A stretch of 48,142 bases of DNA from the NCBI GenBank assembly GCA_029560215.1, contig JAKPZB010000078.1, forward strand, positions 1 through 48,142. Reading direction: 5' to 3'. The DNA comes from Methanobacteriota archaeon (GTDB taxonomy: Archaea > Thermoplasmatota > Thermoplasmata > Methanomassiliicoccales > UBA472). Below, piece after piece: positions 16,974 through 25,849 of this stretch; positions within the stretch are counted from its first letter, which is position 1, and each line of letters opens with the position of its first letter. Position numbers and translations under genes: made by a program. The notes under the pieces were generated by a model, which saw nothing but the letters and a program-made list of their open reading frames with translations, was not told the DNA's origin and did no database searches.

Positions 16974-18302
16974 TCAGACCAGCTCCTTCAGTTTCTTGGC
17001 CTCCTTGCCTACCATCTTCATCGGGCTCTTGAACTCCGGGATCTCGCCGAAGATCTCCTTGAACACCAGGGAGGTGTTCTCAGCGCTGAAGTACTGGGTA
17101 CCAGCATCCAGAGCGCATCCGGCGGCGATGACGGGGATTACAGTGCCCTTCGCATGCCTAGTAACCACGTGGTTCCCGTGGAACAGTCCCGGACCGCCAC
17201 CACCATAGATGGAGTGGCTGAAGAAGGACATACCGACGGAAGTACCCATGGCCCTGCCGTAGTCTACACCGGGCAGGCTGGTCTCGTGCTCGATCAGGTC
17301 GTTGTAGTACAGAATGGTGGACGGAACACCCTGAGCGGCCCTTGCGGCGCCGATGTTCACGCAGATCGCGGCCAGCATACCAGCGGACACGTACGCGTTC
17401 CACAGCGGGAAGTCGTTGGTGGTGTACTCAACGAATCCGGAGGGGAACTTCTTTCCCTTCTTGATGACCTTGTCCTCTAAGGCCCTGCCGACAACGGAGG
17501 CAACGACGTCACCGACGGTGCCGGTCTTGCCGTTCTCCTTGACCCAGCTGTAGACCATGTTGTTGGCGTTCAGGCCCTGATAGGCCAGGGACAACAGGTG
17601 CTGCCTCTCGAAGTTGCCGATCGCGTCGCCCATCTCGTAGGCGGCGGCGGTCTCGTAGATAGAGGAGAGAGCGGCGGCGTTCATGGCGTTCCTGCCAGTC
17701 AGCATGACTAGGTGGTTGGCCATGATGTTCCTGAGGGCGTATCCAGTACCCTCGTTCAACTGCGGTACATCGAGAATGGTCTTAAGGTTGGACCCTTGCA
17801 TGTTGATGGTCTGCGGGTATCTGCCCCAGACGGCGGCCTTGACCATGGAAGCTTCGAACATGTTCACGTTGAACTGGTCGATGATTGCCTCGGTCACGGC
17901 GGCGGCAACGGTGGTGAACCCAGTGGTGTACTCGGCACCGGCGTCCATCCTGACGGACGGAACGGTGACGATCATCCTCTTGCCGTCAGCCATCGTCTCG
18001 ATCTTGGAGTCGTCGTCCTTGGCGGCCTTGACGATGTCAGCGATCCTCTTCTTCAACTTATCAGCGTTCGCCACGATAGCGAGGTCCAGGCTCCTGCCGG
18101 GAACATTCAATCCGCCAACCGCTCCGGTCTTGAGACCCTTCTCAATACCTTCGAGGTTGACAGCGATCGTTCTCTTCGTCAGAGAGATGGTTCGCTTAAT
18201 GGCGGCGTTGTTTAACGGACTCAATGCGTCGAGAGGCACGTCCTTTTCAATCAATTTGCCTCTGTCGTCATACAAGTCCACCTTGTCCTTGTATTTTGCC
18301 AT
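16974..18302 (-). CDS. mcrB: Methyl-coenzyme M reductase beta subunit
   Basis: 442 aa. N-terminus [30 protein letters not shown]. Strong Shine-Dalgarno element (GGAGGT) upstream. First gene of mcrBDGA. Confidence 0.95.
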   Translation of the reverse strand: MAKYKDKVDLYDDRGKLIEKDVPLDALSPLNNAAIKRTISLTKRTIAVNLEGIEKGLKTGAVGGLNVPGRSLDLAIVANADKLKKRIADIVKAAKDDDSKIETMADGKRMIVTVPSVRMDAGAEYTTGFTTVAAAVTEAIIDQFNVNMFEASMVKAAVWGRYPQTINMQGSNLKTILDVPQLNEGTGYALRNIMANHLVMLTGRNAMNAAALSSIYETAAAYEMGDAIGNFERQHLLSLAYQGLNANNMVYSWVKENGKTGTVGDVVASVVGRALEDKVIKKGKKFPSGFVEYTTNDFPLWNAYVSAGMLAAICVNIGAARAAQGVPSTILYYNDLIEHETSLPGVDYGRAMGTSVGMSFFSHSIYGGGGPGLFHGNHVVTRHAKGTVIPVIAAGCALDAGTQYFSAENTSLVFKEIFGEIPEFKSPMKMVGKEAKKLKELV

Positions 18303-18576
18303 TTTTTACCTCCTTTCAATAGCTCGGTCCCCTCAAGCAGACTTACATCAATCCTGAGAAAACCGGTACCCCTTGCGAACTCGACAATGTATAGTTAGAA
18401 TATAAGCTTGATGATGGATGGATAATCCATCCATATTAAACAATAGCTTAATTTTTGTCGCATCCCAGACAAAAATCGTTAAGTTTTAACGTCCTAAAAT
18501 TTTTTAATATTTTTATATTATAATATAATAGCCGCTTCGATTTTTAATTTATTTTCAACGAATGTTATAATAATAT
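18303..18576 (-). promoter_or_regulatory. mcr operon promoter and leader region
   Basis: A 274-bp very AT-rich spacer between tfuA and mcrB with several TATA-like boxes (for example TTATATT at about 18398-18404 on the minus strand, and TATAATATAATA at about 18510-18530) and the palindrome at 18414-18434. Confidence 0.6.
18414..18434. promoter_or_regulatory. Perfect 21-bp palindrome ATGGATGGAT-A-ATCCATCCAT (two overlapping ATGGAT-N5-ATCCAT units)
   Basis: Read directly from the sequence. Lies 112-132 nt upstream of the mcrB ATG. Confidence 0.65.
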
Positions 18577-19218
18577 TTATCGTTGTTCGCAAACGCCCTT
18601 AATGAATTTGAGGACGGTTATCGCGTCCTCCTTTTTAATATCTCGGTAATTCTCCGCAAAAAATCGGTCGAATGACTCGGCATTTTTATCGCCTACGATC
18701 CGTCGGGCCACCTCGCGGAACGCGGTCACCGTCCGGCGGGGATAGTAGATCGCGCGCATCTCGTTCATTATCCCGGCCCTCTGCTCGGCGTCGATGACGT
18801 CGGCCATCCACGCCTGGTCCAAAAGGATCCGCAGGTTCACCAGCGGTTCGGACAGCGGCTCCATGGTCTCCGGGTCGAACACCAACGCTACCTCGTCATC
18901 CCCCTGGACCTCGCCGTTGGCGTACATCCTGAAGATGTGTCCCACTCCGGTCATACCATAATGTCCCATCTCGGCCGCGCGCAGCGCGCCCATGCTCCCC
19001 CCGCCGATGACCTTCACCTTGCGGTTCAGGAGCGAAAGGATCTCCCGGTGCCCGACCGAGCAGCTCTGCAGGAAAACGCCGTCGATGATGCCGACCACCT
19101 CCACGCCTTCCAGATGCAGCAGGTCCCCCCTCTTCACCGGAGGACGGAAATCCGCGTCGAGCACTTCCCTGGCCTCGGACAGGGGAAGGCTCGGACCAAG
19201 GAACACCACCGGCCTCAT
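18577..19218 (-). CDS. tfuA: TfuA-like protein (partner of YcaO for McrA thioglycine formation)
   Basis: 213 aa. VFLGPSL...PPVKRGDL...VGIIDGVF...SVGHREIL...VIGGGSMGALRAAE is typical of TfuA. 4-nt overlap with ycaO. Confidence 0.9.
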   Translation of the reverse strand: MRPVVFLGPSLPLSEAREVLDADFRPPVKRGDLLHLEGVEVVGIIDGVFLQSCSVGHREILSLLNRKVKVIGGGSMGALRAAEMGHYGMTGVGHIFRMYANGEVQGDDEVALVFDPETMEPLSEPLVNLRILLDQAWMADVIDAEQRAGIMNEMRAIYYPRRTVTAFREVARRIVGDKNAESFDRFFAENYRDIKKEDAITVLKFIKGVCEQR

Positions 19219-20408
19219 GCCACCAGCCTCGGTCCCAGGCGGTCCATGTCCATGGCGTATATCTCCATTCCGGGGATGATCACTCGGACCACCGGGACCC
19301 CGAGCTCCGGCCTGGTGAGCTCGACCACGATCACCTTCTCGAACCCTCGTTCCATCAGATGGTCCAGCACCACCTCGATGTCCTCCAGGAGGTCCTTGGT
19401 GTCGAACTCCTCGAAGTCGGATATGCTGACCCCGTCGGACGGGGAGAAGTACATGGAGTTCATGCGCTTCATCCGCTCGTATCCAAGCGTGCGATTGAGG
19501 TCGGCCTTGGTGGTGTCCTCGCGGGCGCCGTGGATCTGCGTGCAGCGGCTCTGCGCCACCTCGGTGAGAGCGCGAATGGCCGCCACCCGGGGGCTCAGAT
19601 GGGTGCCCACGCCCAGGTTAAGCAGGGCGGGGTCCTTCATCCTCACGTCGTCCGCGGCCGCGGCGATGGTGGGGATCCCGATATCGCTGGTGAGGTCCTT
19701 GAGGTGCACCTCCACTCCCTGTTTGCTGAACTTCTCCAGGAGGTCGCTCACCACCGGGCAGTCGTCGCCCACCACGATCTCCCCGCGCGGTCTGCGCTTC
19801 GCCTCGCATATGGACCAGGCGTCCCGTTCGATCACCTCGCACATGGCGTGCAGGATGGCCTCCTCCAGATTGTTGCCGGAGGCCAGGCCGTTGGTGTTGC
19901 TCCGGAAGAGCTGGAGGTCCTTGTTCGATTCGTAAGGATGGTAAACCGCCCCGGCCGGCACCCAGATGTCCTCCCCCTCGATCAGGTCGTATCCCTTCAC
20001 CCAGGCGATGGGATGGTAGTTGACGTGGACGTTGATCATCTGCGGAAGGATGAGCGAGCGGGGGTCCACGGCGTTCTCCGAGGCCAGCATGTTCTCCATC
20101 AGGTCCCTTCTCAGCTTCTCGTCCTTGGGTTCGGCGGAGTACCGTTCCATGGCCTCCATTATGGCGGAGACCCGGGCCTGCTCCCGGCTGGCCCCCTTGC
20201 CGTTGTAAATGGATATGGCCCCTTCCTTGGCCCCCGGCCGGATGCTGGAGAACACCGGGATGCCGATGCGGTCCAGGTCGGTTATGTCCGCCACCCGGGT
20301 GATCCCGGCCGCGGGGAGCAGAGGCTCCACCCGCTTCAGGGTGGCCCTGGGGCTTATCGCCCGATGACCGTCCTTGGTATAGGTCTTGGGGACGGGGCGG
20401 AGTTCCAT
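19215..20408 (-). CDS. ycaO: YcaO-type ATP-dependent amide-activating enzyme (methanogenesis marker 1)
   Basis: About 397 aa from the ATG at 20408 (TTG at 20435 is possible). GITRVADITDLDRIGIPVF...IYNGKGASREQARVSAIMEAMERYS matches YcaO. Located directly upstream of tfuA and mcrBDGA. Confidence 0.9.
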   Translation of the reverse strand: MELRPVPKTYTKDGHRAISPRATLKRVEPLLPAAGITRVADITDLDRIGIPVFSSIRPGAKEGAISIYNGKGASREQARVSAIMEAMERYSAEPKDEKLRRDLMENMLASENAVDPRSLILPQMINVHVNYHPIAWVKGYDLIEGEDIWVPAGAVYHPYESNKDLQLFRSNTNGLASGNNLEEAILHAMCEVIERDAWSICEAKRRPRGEIVVGDDCPVVSDLLEKFSKQGVEVHLKDLTSDIGIPTIAAAADDVRMKDPALLNLGVGTHLSPRVAAIRALTEVAQSRCTQIHGAREDTTKADLNRTLGYERMKRMNSMYFSPSDGVSISDFEEFDTKDLLEDIEVVLDHLMERGFEKVIVVELTRPELGVPVVRVIIPGMEIYAMDMDRLGPRLVA

Positions 20409-20450
20409 GGGTGGGGAGAACCTCGGAGGAGTCAAAAAACTTTTGCGTGA

Positions 20451-20933
20451 TCAATCCCGGTGCCCCTCGCTCTCCGCCAACGGCACGGCGAGATCGAACA
20501 CGGCGTCCTCGTTGATCGGAATCCGCTCGATCAGGATGTCCACCTCCACCCGTTGCACATTGGGTATGTTGACGATCTTGTCCTGGATGAGATCGTAGAG
20601 ATTGTCCACGCTGCTGGAGTAGACCTCGCAGATCAGGGAATGGTCCCCGAACACCTTGTGCGCGTACTGGATGCCCGGGAACTTTTTCAGTTCGTCGATC
20701 ACCGCGCTCAGCGGCGAACCGACCACCTGCAGCCCGATAAGGGCGCGCATGAGGCCCAGCTTCCCGGTGTTCACCTGCATGGTGTAGGCGTTGACGTAAC
20801 CTTCCTCCTCCAGACGGGAGATTCGTCTGCTTACCGTGGCCTTGGACACCCCGAGCTTATCCCCGATGGTCCCCAGGTTCTCCCGGGCGTTCTTCCTCAG
20901 CATCCTGAGTATCTCTAGGTCGATGAGGTCCAT
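20451..20933 (-). CDS. Lrp/AsnC-family transcriptional regulator
   Basis: DLIDLEILRMLRKNARENLGTIGDKLGVSKATVSRRISRLEEEGYV (HTH) followed by a C-terminal RAM-like domain. ATG at 20933 preferred over TTG at 20948. Confidence 0.85.
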   Translation of the reverse strand: MDLIDLEILRMLRKNARENLGTIGDKLGVSKATVSRRISRLEEEGYVNAYTMQVNTGKLGLMRALIGLQVVGSPLSAVIDELKKFPGIQYAHKVFGDHSLICEVYSSSVDNLYDLIQDKIVNIPNVQRVEVDILIERIPINEDAVFDLAVPLAESEGHRD

Positions 20934-20943
20934 GGTTAAACCC

Positions 20944-20958
20944 TGCAATTTTATTGCA
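20944..20958. promoter_or_regulatory. Inverted repeat TGCAAT-TTT-ATTGCA just upstream of the Lrp-family gene
   Basis: Perfect 6-3-6 palindrome 11-25 nt upstream of the ATG. Possible autoregulatory site. Confidence 0.35.
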
Positions 20959-21071
20959 AAACGACCATTGACAAGGCCATTATATTGACCTTTGTTTCAA
21001 AAATGAATGATATTTAAAATTTTTTTGTAAGAAATCGCCTTCATCCCTGCCGCGCGATACGGTTCGGGAGA

Positions 21072-21896
21072 TCATTTGACGGAGCATACCCATCGGTCAT
21101 AGAACGGGTCCCGCTGGTTCTCGAAGACCCTGGGCTCCCGGCCCACGGCCTCGGCCCAGGACCTCAGCTGCTCGGCCTCCTCCTGGGAACCCACGGTTAC
21201 CATCACCTGGTCGGCGATGAGCAGCACCTGCTCGAAGATCCGCTTCCATATCCATGAGTTGCCCACGTTGATGTCACCGGCCATGAGCATCAGGGCGAAC
21301 GGCGCCCTTTCCAGATACTGGGTTGCCCTGGTGGCGTCCAGCTGCACGGTGCTCCAGGTCTGCAGGCGGCCGGAATGCAGTCCGCGGCTCAACAGGGCCG
21401 CGTCGAGGTCGAAGGCGAAGGAACGCAGGCCCACCTTTGACAACGCTAGGCTTCCCACGCCGGAACCGCAGCAGCAGTCGTAACAGAGATCCCCCGGCCT
21501 GAACTCCCACTCCTTCCACACCAGGTCGGAGACCTTCTTGGTCCGGTCATTGGGAACGTCGTCCAGGGCTGGCTCCACCTCGTCCATGATCCTCCGGGCG
21601 AAATGGTCGTACACCGCTTCCCGGTACGTCTCCGTATCGCAGGTGTACACGCTTATGTCCAGCTCCGGAAGAAGTTCGACCAGCTCGTCCGACGGTTCCT
21701 TCCACAGGAAGCTGACCGCCTTCCAGCCGCCGTCCTCCCGGGCCATGGCCAAGGGCGTCTCGTCCCGCGAGATCAGCAGACGGACCTGGTCCGACCCGCG
21801 CAGCATCTGGGCCAGGAAGACCTCGTTCCCCAGGTCCTCCAGGGTGTTCTCCAGCAGCCTGAGGTCGTCCAACTCGAAAAGTTCGCACAGCGCCAT
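21072..21896 (-). CDS. Class I SAM-dependent methyltransferase with an N-terminal domain of unknown function
   Basis: Motif I-like DLCYDCCCGSGVGSLAL followed by FAFDLD (acidic motif II). The roughly 130-aa N-terminal part has no recognisable family. Confidence 0.6.
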   Translation of the reverse strand: MALCELFELDDLRLLENTLEDLGNEVFLAQMLRGSDQVRLLISRDETPLAMAREDGGWKAVSFLWKEPSDELVELLPELDISVYTCDTETYREAVYDHFARRIMDEVEPALDDVPNDRTKKVSDLVWKEWEFRPGDLCYDCCCGSGVGSLALSKVGLRSFAFDLDAALLSRGLHSGRLQTWSTVQLDATRATQYLERAPFALMLMAGDINVGNSWIWKRIFEQVLLIADQVMVTVGSQEEAEQLRSWAEAVGREPRVFENQRDPFYDRWVCSVK

Positions 21897-21992
21897 GATA
21901 GGCGGGTATCAAAGCTGGTACTATTAATAACTGGTCAAATTCGCGGGATAATCCGCAAACCGATAAATATCCTTAATCACTCCCCATCAGGG

Positions 21993-22985
21993 ATGAAAGC
22001 GCAGCCCAGAAGGGATTGGGACCTCTGGTCCATCGGGATCCTCTCTATTATACTCATATTGGTAATATACGCGCTGCCGGACAGCGCCCTGCGAATCGTC
22101 ATCGGGCTGCCGTTCATTCTCTTCTTTCCCGGATACTCCGCGCTGTCGGTGCTCTTCCCGGAGAGCAAGGACCTGGAGATCATCGAACGGGTGGCGCTCT
22201 CCTTCGGCCTGAGCATCGCCATCTCCCCGCTGGTCGGCTTCGGCCTGAACTACACGCCGTTCGGAATCCGGCTGGCGCCCATCCTGTTCTCCCTGGCGGC
22301 GCTCAACATCGCCCTGAGCGTCGGAGGCCTCTATCGCCGCGAGAAGGCGGAGAGCCCGTACCTTCCCTTCGATCCCGCCGCGGTATGGAAGAAATATTCG
22401 ACCCAGTTCAAGGCCGAGAAGGGAGTGGACAAAGTGCTGACCGTCGTCCTGGTGATATCCATCCTCTCCTCGGTTATCGCCTTGGTATACGTGGTGGCCG
22501 TGCCTCGTCAGGGGGAGAGCTTTACCGAGTTCTACATCCTTGGACCGGGCGGCAACGCCACCGGTTACCCCCGCAACCTGACGGTGGGGCAGGATGCCTC
22601 GGTCATCATCGGCATAGCCAATCACGAACATCGCGAGGTGCGGTACACCGTCGAGCTCTGGCTGGTGAACATGAGCTTCGTGGACAACGCCACCCAGGTG
22701 CACGCCATGTACTTCTTCGATTCCTTCAACGTCACCCTGGAACATACCGACGTGGACCTGGAGGGGGAGTGGCAGCCGCAGTGGGAGCTGCCCTACGATT
22801 TCAACGTGAGCATCGAGGGCAACTACAAGCTTTGGTTCCTTCTCTACAAGGACGGCGCGCCGGCGCTTCCCTTCGCTCCCTCTCCGATGATGGATTACAC
22901 GGGCACCTCCGCCGAGGACCGGATCATCAGGGCGGTGGAGAACGAGGTGCAGAGCCTGAACCTGAACCTGCGGGTGACCGTCTGA
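21993..22985 (+). CDS. Archaeal membrane protein (DUF1616-like): N-terminal transmembrane helices plus an extracellular beta-rich domain
   Basis: Start at internal Met131 of ORF 21603..22985 (MKAQPRRDWDLWSIGILSIILILVIYALP). About four hydrophobic helices, then a domain with N-x-S/T sequons. Confidence 0.6.
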   Translation: MKAQPRRDWDLWSIGILSIILILVIYALPDSALRIVIGLPFILFFPGYSALSVLFPESKDLEIIERVALSFGLSIAISPLVGFGLNYTPFGIRLAPILFSLAALNIALSVGGLYRREKAESPYLPFDPAAVWKKYSTQFKAEKGVDKVLTVVLVISILSSVIALVYVVAVPRQGESFTEFYILGPGGNATGYPRNLTVGQDASVIIGIANHEHREVRYTVELWLVNMSFVDNATQVHAMYFFDSFNVTLEHTDVDLEGEWQPQWELPYDFNVSIEGNYKLWFLLYKDGAPALPFAPSPMMDYTGTSAEDRIIRAVENEVQSLNLNLRVTV

Positions 22986-23264
22986 TCACATGACGCCGAG
23001 GTAGCGCCGGTCGTACTCGTCCATCAGCGCGTCGCGATATTGCCTCTCGGAACCTTCAGGAACGACCTGGCGCGCCTTGGCCCTCGACAAAAGCTCGTCG
23101 GCCACCAGCTTCCGCTTCGATATCTTCAAACGGCGGACCTCCTCCATGATCTCCTCCAATCCCGCGACCTCCACCAGCTGACCGTTGACCAGGAGCTTCT
23201 CGCCTTCGTTGAACGGCAGCCCGGTATCGCAGCCCACGCAGTTGAGTTTGGGATCCTCGCTCAT
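22986..23264 (-). CDS. Small protein with an N-terminal CxxC, function unknown
   Basis: 92-aa ORF (NCVGCDTGLPFNEGEKLLVNGQLVEV...), immediately downstream of 23311..24036 on the same strand. Confidence 0.4.
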   Translation of the reverse strand: MSEDPKLNCVGCDTGLPFNEGEKLLVNGQLVEVAGLEEIMEEVRRLKISKRKLVADELLSRAKARQVVPEGSERQYRDALMDEYDRRYLGVM

Positions 23265-23310
23265 CTCGGTTCGGAAAAATAACGCGAAAAGGGAAAAAAA
23301 GGGTTTCGGT

Positions 23311-24036
23311 CTACAGGAAGTAGAACCGGGTCTTGTGGGTGAGGCAGACGTTCCCCATCTTCTCCAGGCGGTCCAGGACCCCGGAGTAGCGGCGGACCAT
23401 GACCTTGCCCTCGTCGGGAAGCTTCTCCCGCAGGAGCCTGACCTCGGCCAGGAGCCGGTCGGCGTCCTCTACGGAGAAGATCTTCTTGCTCTCCACCGAG
23501 GAGGGGACGCTGGCCACGATGGCGCAGCCATACTTTTGAGCTATACCCGGCAGAGCGCTGTTCTCCGGTCCGAAGGTGCCCATGCAGCCCCGGCCCTCGT
23601 CCCAGGACAGCGGGCACTTGGCGCAGGTGGCGGCCATGTCGTCGAAGGACAGCATGTCCCAGCCGGTGAGCCGGTCGTCCTTCCCGGCCCTCTCCATCAG
23701 GGCGGGCAGGCGGTCCGCGGGCACCTTGTCCAGGGAGATCCATCCGGTGTAGAGCTTGCGGCTCTCGGCGGTCAGCAGCTGGCGGTCCGCCTCGTTCTTG
23801 ACCTTCTCCAGGTAGAGGGTCTCCATCTCCGGGTCCAGGCAGTTCCGTTTCAGGAATGCTTCCCAGTCCGCCCCCAGCACCAGTTTGGCCTGGCTTATCG
23901 GCACCACCAGGTCGAACTCGGCCAGGTCCTCGAAGCCGGAGACGTCCTTCAGGTTGACCTTCAGCAGGGTGGTCTTCCCGGTCTTGCACAACGCGCTGTC
24001 GCTGTCTACCTCGCAAATTGCTATTGAGACTCCCAT
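23311..24036 (-). CDS. Protein of unknown function with a CxxC-X9-C cysteine cluster
   Basis: 241-aa ORF containing ATCAKCPLSWDEGRGCMGTFGPEN and a further Cys (YGCAIV). Divergent from the mtrA-like gene. Confidence 0.45.
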   Translation of the reverse strand: MGVSIAICEVDSDSALCKTGKTTLLKVNLKDVSGFEDLAEFDLVVPISQAKLVLGADWEAFLKRNCLDPEMETLYLEKVKNEADRQLLTAESRKLYTGWISLDKVPADRLPALMERAGKDDRLTGWDMLSFDDMAATCAKCPLSWDEGRGCMGTFGPENSALPGIAQKYGCAIVASVPSSVESKKIFSVEDADRLLAEVRLLREKLPDEGKVMVRRYSGVLDRLEKMGNVCLTHKTRFYFL

Positions 24037-24189
24037 TAGATCCCTTCCTGCCGCGTATTACAAAAGGGCGGTATATATCGGTTGTCCCCATAACGCTGAA
24101 ATTGATTTTTGTCTGACGGGACCGGGTTAACGGGTGCTAACTGGCCATGATACTTTTTATATATTATTGAAATTGAATATGTCGGGAGA

Positions 24190-24963
24190 ATGGCAATGGC
24201 GGAAACGGACACGTGGCCAATGGCCAGCGGTGATTATGTCCTAGGGGACGAAGCTTCGCCGGTGGCGGTGCTCATAGTCGGCCGGGGAGCGGTGGAGGTC
24301 CCGCCGGAGCTTTACCGCATCAAGGGCATCCTGAAGACGGAGAACATCGGACTGGAGAGGGTGGTCGCCAACATCATCTCCAACCCCCGGATCCGGGTGC
24401 TGGTCATCTGCGGCAAGGAGGAGTTCGGGCACTTCCCAGGAGCGGCCATCCACGCGCTGATGGAGAACGGAGTGGACGAGCACAGGCGCATTCGGAACAC
24501 CCGATCGGCCATCCCGTTCCTGTGCGACCTGCCGTTGGAGGCGGTGGAACGCTTCCGCCAGCAGGTGGAGCTGGTGGATATCATGGACGACACGCCGGCG
24601 CAGGAGATCGCCGCCTACGACCCTATATATGAGTTCGAGGCGGAGAGCCGGGACCGGCTGGAGAACAAATTGAGGGAACTGGCCGGAAGGACCTTCGAGC
24701 CGTTTCCCGGAGAGGCCATGTTCGTTCGTTCCAAGGCCTTCGCCGGGGAGGGCGTAAGCGTGGCCAAACAGCTCCATCTGGCCTCGGACGATTTCATCAC
24801 GCCGATGCTCCGCCTTCCCTCGGACGGGCTGAACACCGACATGGGAATGGTCCTGCTGGACCAGGAGTTCGGCGTGGTGCTCGAGCCCTTGCAGGGCAGG
24901 ATCATCACCGTGCCGTCCGTAGAACTGGCCATGAGATTGCGTTCGTATCTAACGGGGTTCTGA
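24190..24963 (+). CDS. Soluble MtrA-like (MtxA-like) corrinoid protein
   Basis: WPMASGDYVLGDEASPVAVLIV...GILKTENIGLERVVANIISNPRIRVLVICGKEEFGHFPGAAIHALMENGVD...AIPFL matches the MtrA cobamide-binding domain, including the conserved His. There is no C-terminal hydrophobic anchor. Confidence 0.8.
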   Translation: MAMAETDTWPMASGDYVLGDEASPVAVLIVGRGAVEVPPELYRIKGILKTENIGLERVVANIISNPRIRVLVICGKEEFGHFPGAAIHALMENGVDEHRRIRNTRSAIPFLCDLPLEAVERFRQQVELVDIMDDTPAQEIAAYDPIYEFEAESRDRLENKLRELAGRTFEPFPGEAMFVRSKAFAGEGVSVAKQLHLASDDFITPMLRLPSDGLNTDMGMVLLDQEFGVVLEPLQGRIITVPSVELAMRLRSYLTGF

Positions 24964-24964
24964 C

Positions 24965-25849
24965 ATGTACAAGTTCCAAACCGCGCAGCGGGAGATCGAG
25001 ATCGGCGGGGTCAAGGTCGGAGGACAACCGGGAAAGAGGCGGACCATGCTGGTCGGTTCGCTCTTCTACCCGAGGCATTCGGTGGTGCTCGATCCCCGCA
25101 AGGGTGAGCTGGACCGGGCGAAGCTGAACGAGAGGCTGGACAGCTATCTGAACACCATCGAGAGATGCGGCTGCCCCTCCGGCCTGATGCTCTACGCCGA
25201 AAGCTGCGAGTCCGCCCGGGCCTACCTGGAGGCGGTGTGCGACAAGGTCCCCGGACCGCTGTTCGCCGATTCCGGCAGCGCCGAGGTAAGGCTCTCCTTC
25301 CTCCGCAGCGCCCAGGAGATGGGCGTCCTGGACCGGGTGGTCTACAACACCATCAACGCCGGCCTTTCCGAGGAGGAGACCCAAGCGCTGAGGGAATGCC
25401 CGCCGGTGAACGCGGTGGTCCTGGCCTTCAATCCCCGGGGGGACGACGTCAAGGGAAGGATCTACATGCTGGAGAGCGGGGACGATCTGATCCCCCAGGG
25501 ACTGGTCCCGGCGGCGGAGGAGCTGGGGATACGGAACCTGCTCATCGACACCGCGGTGACCTCGCCGGACCTCAGCGCCGGGTCGGCCCTGCGTTCCATC
25601 CTGGTGGCCAAAGCGAAGTGGGGGATCCCCACGGGATGCGCCCTCCACAACGCGGTGGAATGCCTGAGGCTGGATGGGTTGGAAGATCCCAAGGAGGCCC
25701 GGCGCAGCGTGGACGCCTCAGCGGTGGCCATCAGCATCATGTCCGGGGCGGACTACGTGGTCTACGGTCCCTTGGAGTACGCCAAGCGGACCATGCCCGT
25801 GGCGTCCTTCACCGACAAGATGATGGAGCAGGCGGCCCGGGACCTATAG
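24965..25849 (+). CDS. MtrH-like (MtxH-like) methyl-pterin:corrinoid methyltransferase
   Basis: N-terminus YKFQTAQREIEIGGVKVGGQPGKRRTMLVGSLFY and ...LLIDTAVTS... resemble MtrH. Starts 1 nt after the mtrA-like stop. Confidence 0.8.
   Translation: MYKFQTAQREIEIGGVKVGGQPGKRRTMLVGSLFYPRHSVVLDPRKGELDRAKLNERLDSYLNTIERCGCPSGLMLYAESCESARAYLEAVCDKVPGPLFADSGSAEVRLSFLRSAQEMGVLDRVVYNTINAGLSEEETQALRECPPVNAVVLAFNPRGDDVKGRIYMLESGDDLIPQGLVPAAEELGIRNLLIDTAVTSPDLSAGSALRSILVAKAKWGIPTGCALHNAVECLRLDGLEDPKEARRSVDASAVAISIMSGADYVVYGPLEYAKRTMPVASFTDKMMEQAARDL

Noticed and set aside
18440-18576. AT-rich repetitive-looking stretch upstream of mcrB as a CRISPR array or mobile-element end.
   Set aside because: It has no regularly spaced direct repeats with unique spacers and no terminal inverted repeats. 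It is simple AT-rich promoter/leader DNA. No CRISPR array is visible anywhere in the window.
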